This document shows positions 60,023 to 64,000 of a stretch of 64,000 bases of DNA, one piece after another (positions within the stretch are counted from its first letter, which is position 1; each line of letters starts with the position of its first letter). The position numbers were made by a program, and so were the translations under genes. The notes below the pieces were generated by a model, which did no database searches, was not told the origin of the DNA, and saw only the letters and a program-made list of their open reading frames with translations. This DNA comes from a bacterium (GTDB lineage Bacteria; UBA8248), in contig CBDBBI010000010.1 in the NCBI GenBank assembly GCA_965202625.1, positions 1,440,001 through 1,504,000 on the forward strand. Reading direction: 5' to 3'.

Positions 60023-60946
60023 TTACCCCCGCACTTCGCTTCCATCCTTCGTCCCGAAGTCGTTCTCCAAGGCGATGACCTTCTGGGCCGACTCGACCAC
60101 CGGATAGTCGATCATGCTTCCGCCTACGGAGACGCTCGCCTCCCCGCGCGCCGTCGCCGCCTCAAAGGCCGCGATCACCTCGCGCGCCCTCTCGACTTCC
60201 TCTCGCATCGGCGTGAACGCGCGGTTCACGATGTCCACCTGCCTGGGGTGGATGCAGAACTTGCCGAACATGCCGAGGGCGCGGCACCTCCGCGCGCTCG
60301 CCGCGAGACCCTCCTGATCGTCTAAGGCGATCCACACCGTGTCGAGCGGCTTCTCAAGCCCCGCCGCGCGGGAGGCCACCGCGATGCGAGAGCGCGGATA
60401 ATCAAAGGGGAACTCATCGCGCGGCCATGCGACGTCCAGGTCGTTCGTGTAGTCGCCCGCCCCGAAAGCGAGCCAGAAACGCCTCTCCCCGGCGTCGGCG
60501 GAGGCGATCGCGGGGGCGTTCGCCACGCCTTTCGCGTTCTCGAGGATGGCGAGCAGATGGACGCTCCCCGCCTCGCGTTCCGCCCCTCTCTCCGCTTCTC
60601 GAATCAGACGGTCGGCGGCGCGTATCTGGCCGGAGTTCTCCGCCTTGGGCAGGACGACGCCTCGAAGCCCCCGCCCCACGACCGCCGCGATGTCCTCCGC
60701 TCCGCAGGCGACGGAAAAACCCGTCGCGTCATCAAGAGGATTCACGCGGACGAACACTTCCGCTCCGTCCTCCTTCGCTATGCGCTCGACCGCTCCGGAA
60801 AGGGCCGCGCGCGTCGCCGTCTTCTCATCGGCGGGCACCGCGTCCTCCAAATCCAGGACGACGGCGTCGGCCCCGACCTTGCCTACTTTTTCGAGCATCC
60901 TTTCCCTGTTGCCAGGGGCGAAGAGAATGGTGCGGTAAAGTTTCAT
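60023..60946 (-). CDS. CitE-like acyl-CoA lyase (citrate lyase beta / malyl-CoA lyase family)
   Basis: RT.LFAPG, LDLEDAV, VRVN, LPK, FGAGD, GK.CIHP.Q, MID.P. Confidence 0.9.
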   Translation of the reverse strand: MKLYRTILFAPGNRERMLEKVGKVGADAVVLDLEDAVPADEKTATRAALSGAVERIAKEDGAEVFVRVNPLDDATGFSVACGAEDIAAVVGRGLRGVVLPKAENSGQIRAADRLIREAERGAEREAGSVHLLAILENAKGVANAPAIASADAGERRFWLAFGAGDYTNDLDVAWPRDEFPFDYPRSRIAVASRAAGLEKPLDTVWIALDDQEGLAASARRCRALGMFGKFCIHPRQVDIVNRAFTPMREEVERAREVIAAFEAATARGEASVSVGGSMIDYPVVESAQKVIALENDFGTKDGSEVRG

Positions 60947-61218
60947 GATGCGGCTCCTCTCCTCTCACGTCAGGCTCACCTGGTTTTTACTCTTGCTGAG
61001 AGCGCTTGCCAAGCCGCGACCGCCCTCAGCGACGAGCGCGCGTTCTCACAGTTTCCCGCAAGTTGAAGCGCAGCCTGGATTCCCAAGATCGAAAAACCTC
61101 ACGAGTCTAAAAATCCTGAAAATCCCGCCCTCCTCTCGGCTCCAGCCTATTCTCGGACGAATTTTTGGAATATAATGGCTTCACATCAAGACGGACACGC
61201 CATTAGCGGAGCACGCCT

Positions 61219-62901
61219 GTGAATCCCGACGCATTGCGAGGCCAGCCCATCACGGAGCTGGCGACCCTCATCAAGGACGGAGAAGCGACGGCGACCGAGG
61301 TGATCGAGAACCACATCGCCAGAATCGAGGCCATCGACCCAACCATCAACGCCTTCACGAGAACCACCTTCACCCTCGCCAGAGAACGGGCGGAGCGACT
61401 CGAGGAGCAACTCGCCCGCGGCGAGTATATGGGGCCGCTCCACGGAGTTCCCGTCGCGCTCAAGGATCTGTTCGACCTGGAGGGCTACGCGACCACGGCG
61501 GGCAGCGGGATTCTGCGAGAGAACGTGGCGAGCGAAACGGCGGAATCCGCGCGTCGGCTCCTGCGCGCCGGGGCCGTGATCGTCGGAAAGACAAACTTGC
61601 AGGAATTCGCCCGAGGCCCCACCGGGGCTGACAGCTTTTTCGGCCCCACGAGGAACCCCTGGAGCCTGGAGCGCACGCCGGGGGGGAGCAGCAGCGGCTC
61701 CGCCGCCAGCGTGGCGGCGGGAATGGCGGCGGCCGCGCTCGGCTCCGACACCGGCGGCTCGGTGCGCCTGCCCGCCTCTTTTTGCAACCTGGTGGGAATG
61801 CGCTCCACCTACGGCCGCGTGAGCAGGGCCGGCGCCGTGCCTCTGGGTCTCAGTTTCGACAACGTGGGTCCCATCGCGCGGACGGTGGAGGACGCCGCCC
61901 TCATCCTGCAGGTCATCGCCGGCCCGGACCCCAAGGATCCGACGACGGGGAATCGCCCCGCGCCCGATTTCTTAGAGCACCTGAACGACGGCGTGCGCGG
62001 CATGACGCTCGGGGTGCCGACCAACCACTTCTGGCCGGGCGCGGACCCCGAGGTTGAGTCGGTGGTTCGAGAGGCCATCGCCCGATTCGAAGGACTCGGC
62101 GCGAGGCTCGTGGAGGTGAAAATTCCCTGGGCACGCCTCGGGCAGGTCGCCTACGCCGCGACAGTCGGACCGGAAAGCGCGGAACATCACCGCAGATTTC
62201 TCGAAAATCATCGGGATCGATACACGTCCCCCGGAGCGGATTTTTTCGAGCACGGTCTGTTCGTTCCGGGCTGGCGATACGTTCAGGCGCAAAAAGCGAG
62301 AACGTTCTTCATTCGACAGGCGGCGGAGGTTTTCAAAAACGTGGACGCCGTGCTCACGCCTACCGCGCCCGTCGCGCCGCCCAGCATCGCCGATTGCCTC
62401 GACGGCATGAGAACGTGGGCGGTGGTGAGCGACAACACGGTCGTCTTCAGCGCCATCGGCAGCCCCGCCCTCCAAATTCCCTGCGGGTTCACGAAGGCGC
62501 GCCTGCCCGTCGGCCTTCAGATTGCGGGAAGGTGGGGGGATGAGGCGCGCCTCTTCCGGATAGGCAAGGCACTCGAAACCGCCCATCCACTGTGGAGAAT
62601 CAGGCCGCCCGAAATCAATGAACAACCGCCTCCGGGCGCGTTTCCGAAAAAGACCCTCGCTCCGACGCCGCAGGAAGCGTCAGACGCCGAGGCCGCAGCC
62701 CACATCTTGCGCATGGCGAAAAATATGGGGTATGCGGCGGCCCCGCAGCGGTCCGGGCGTCTCGCCGAGGGCGTCGAGAATGCGCTGTCGGCACTCCAAG
62801 AACTCGATCGTCTGAATCTGGATGGTTGCGAGCGCGCGGAGACGCTGAACCTTCTCGAAATCGACCTCGACTCGATTCCAGGTACAGGGCGAAGGGCCTA
62901 A
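61219..62901 (+). CDS. Amidase-signature enzyme (GatA/AtzE-like) with a C-terminal extension
   Basis: LHGVPVALKD, GKTN, NPW, GGSSSGS, GSDTGGSVR.P, GLQIAG. Confidence 0.9.
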   Translation: MNPDALRGQPITELATLIKDGEATATEVIENHIARIEAIDPTINAFTRTTFTLARERAERLEEQLARGEYMGPLHGVPVALKDLFDLEGYATTAGSGILRENVASETAESARRLLRAGAVIVGKTNLQEFARGPTGADSFFGPTRNPWSLERTPGGSSSGSAASVAAGMAAAALGSDTGGSVRLPASFCNLVGMRSTYGRVSRAGAVPLGLSFDNVGPIARTVEDAALILQVIAGPDPKDPTTGNRPAPDFLEHLNDGVRGMTLGVPTNHFWPGADPEVESVVREAIARFEGLGARLVEVKIPWARLGQVAYAATVGPESAEHHRRFLENHRDRYTSPGADFFEHGLFVPGWRYVQAQKARTFFIRQAAEVFKNVDAVLTPTAPVAPPSIADCLDGMRTWAVVSDNTVVFSAIGSPALQIPCGFTKARLPVGLQIAGRWGDEARLFRIGKALETAHPLWRIRPPEINEQPPPGAFPKKTLAPTPQEASDAEAAAHILRMAKNMGYAAAPQRSGRLAEGVENALSALQELDRLNLDGCERAETLNLLEIDLDSIPGTGRRA

Positions 62902-64000
62902 TCCGGCTTCAGGAGAACTTTCAGACACTCTCCCGTTCCCGTGACCTCAATGCCCGCCTGCGCTTGGGAGAGGGGGAGGCGATGGGTGAAAATATCGTCA
63001 ATCGGCAAGGTCGTTCTCAGGAGCATGTCCATCGCTGGTTCGAACTGCACCTGCGGATACGCCCATGAGCCGCAGATGTCCACGTCTTTGTTGCACACCT
63101 GGTGGGGTCTGATCTCCACCCCTCCGGAGTCGCCGTAATGGCCGACTTCCACCAGCTTTCCGCCCCGGCGGACAACGTCAAGACTCTCGGCGAAGGCCGC
63201 GGGAACGCCCGCCGCCTCCACCACCACGTCAGGCCCCACGCCGTCCGTCCAAGAAAGAATGCGCTCCTGCCTTTCCTCCCGCGAGAGGATTGAGAGGCAC
63301 ACCGTCTTCGTGGCGCCGAACCTCTCGGAAAAAGCGAGCCGCTCCTCCACCGCGTCCACCGCGATGATCTCGCCCGCTCCCATCGTCCGCAAGGCGGCCA
63401 CGACCAGCAGCCCGATCGGGCCAACCCCCATGACGGCGCATCGCGCCCCCGGGCCAAACCCCTCGCCCGCATAGGGAATGCCTGGAGAGAGGGCGCGCCC
63501 TGCCGCTCTTTGGGCCACCGCCAAAGGCTCGCAAAGCGTCGCCCGCTCCAGTGCGAGACCTTTCGGCAGTTTGAGGACGAAAGCGTCTCCCGGAACGTAC
63601 ATATACTCCGAGAACGCCCCGTAAAGATGGGGAGCCTCGGCCGAGGAGCGAAACCCGAAAACCGAGCGGTTCGGGCACAACTGGGGCCGATGCGGCGCAT
63701 GAACGCAAAACCAGCATTTGCCGCAAGCCTGACTGCCTGGGGCGACGGTGATCGCGTCGCCCTCCTTGATGGGGCCGCCCACAACCTTCATGGCCGCATT
63801 CGCCGAGGGGCCGATATTCTCGACGACCCCGCTGAATTCGTGACCCGGAATCACCGGCCACGCGGCGCGCAGGCGACCTGCGTACATATGCTTGTCCGAA
63901 CCGCAAATCCCGACGGCGGCCACCCGCATCAAAAGGGCGTCGTCCTCTATCTCGGGCATGGGGTATTCCCGAAGGGCGATCTCGCCCGGTTGAAGCATCG
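62898..64000 (-). CDS. Zinc-dependent alcohol dehydrogenase (MDR family); start may lie just beyond the window
   Basis: GICGSD, GHEFSG, CGKCWFC...C, EPLA, GVGPIG. Confidence 0.9.
   Translation of the reverse strand, partial: MLQPGEIALREYPMPEIEDDALLMRVAAVGICGSDKHMYAGRLRAAWPVIPGHEFSGVVENIGPSANAAMKVVGGPIKEGDAITVAPGSQACGKCWFCVHAPHRPQLCPNRSVFGFRSSAEAPHLYGAFSEYMYVPGDAFVLKLPKGLALERATLCEPLAVAQRAAGRALSPGIPYAGEGFGPGARCAVMGVGPIGLLVVAALRTMGAGEIIAVDAVEERLAFSERFGATKTVCLSILSREERQERILSWTDGVGPDVVVEAAGVPAAFAESLDVVRRGGKLVEVGHYGDSGGVEIRPHQVCNKDVDICGSWAYPQVQFEPAMDMLLRTTLPIDDIFTHRLPLSQAQAGIEVTGTGECLKVLLKPD

Noticed and set aside
61219-62901. Assigning gatA
   Set aside because: No gatB/gatC neighbours, and the substrate-binding region diverges from GatA.

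Overview
GC-rich (roughly 60-65% by eye) bacterial chromosome segment from a diderm organism; lineage cannot be fixed from sequence alone. Housekeeping blocks: truncated glmU plus an archaeal-type GlmU-like gene, tatBC, ccdA, class-V aminotransferase-serA-hisZ-purA, TPP riboswitch-thiC, hemE-hemH-hemY, tRNA-Cys and glgX-glgB. Catabolic genes: PaaK-like ligase/thiolase/DUF35, a sugar-type ABC transporter, LLM monooxygenases, VOC/HpcH/FAH/LeuCD-like enzymes, D-tartrate dehydratase, a CitE-like lyase and an amidase. The most notable accessory loci are (i) a Slam/type XI secretion-like outer-membrane translocon with two tandem, diverged TbpB-barrel-like lipoproteins, whose duplication scar (a usp fragment, its terminator and a dispersed repeat) is still readable at 33.2-38.9 kb, and (ii) a lower-GC two-gene ABC-ATPase plus TOPRIM-like (DUF4276-like) cassette at 26.0-27.8 kb, a candidate anti-phage system. 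Smaller oddities: a ferrochelatase with an N-terminal 4-Cys insert, an amidase with a fused GatC/AtzG-like tail, a degenerate NtrC-like regulator and a GGA-rich porin leader. All family assignments come from motif recognition, not database searches. Many start codons were moved from the ORF-track starts using RBS and homology cues.
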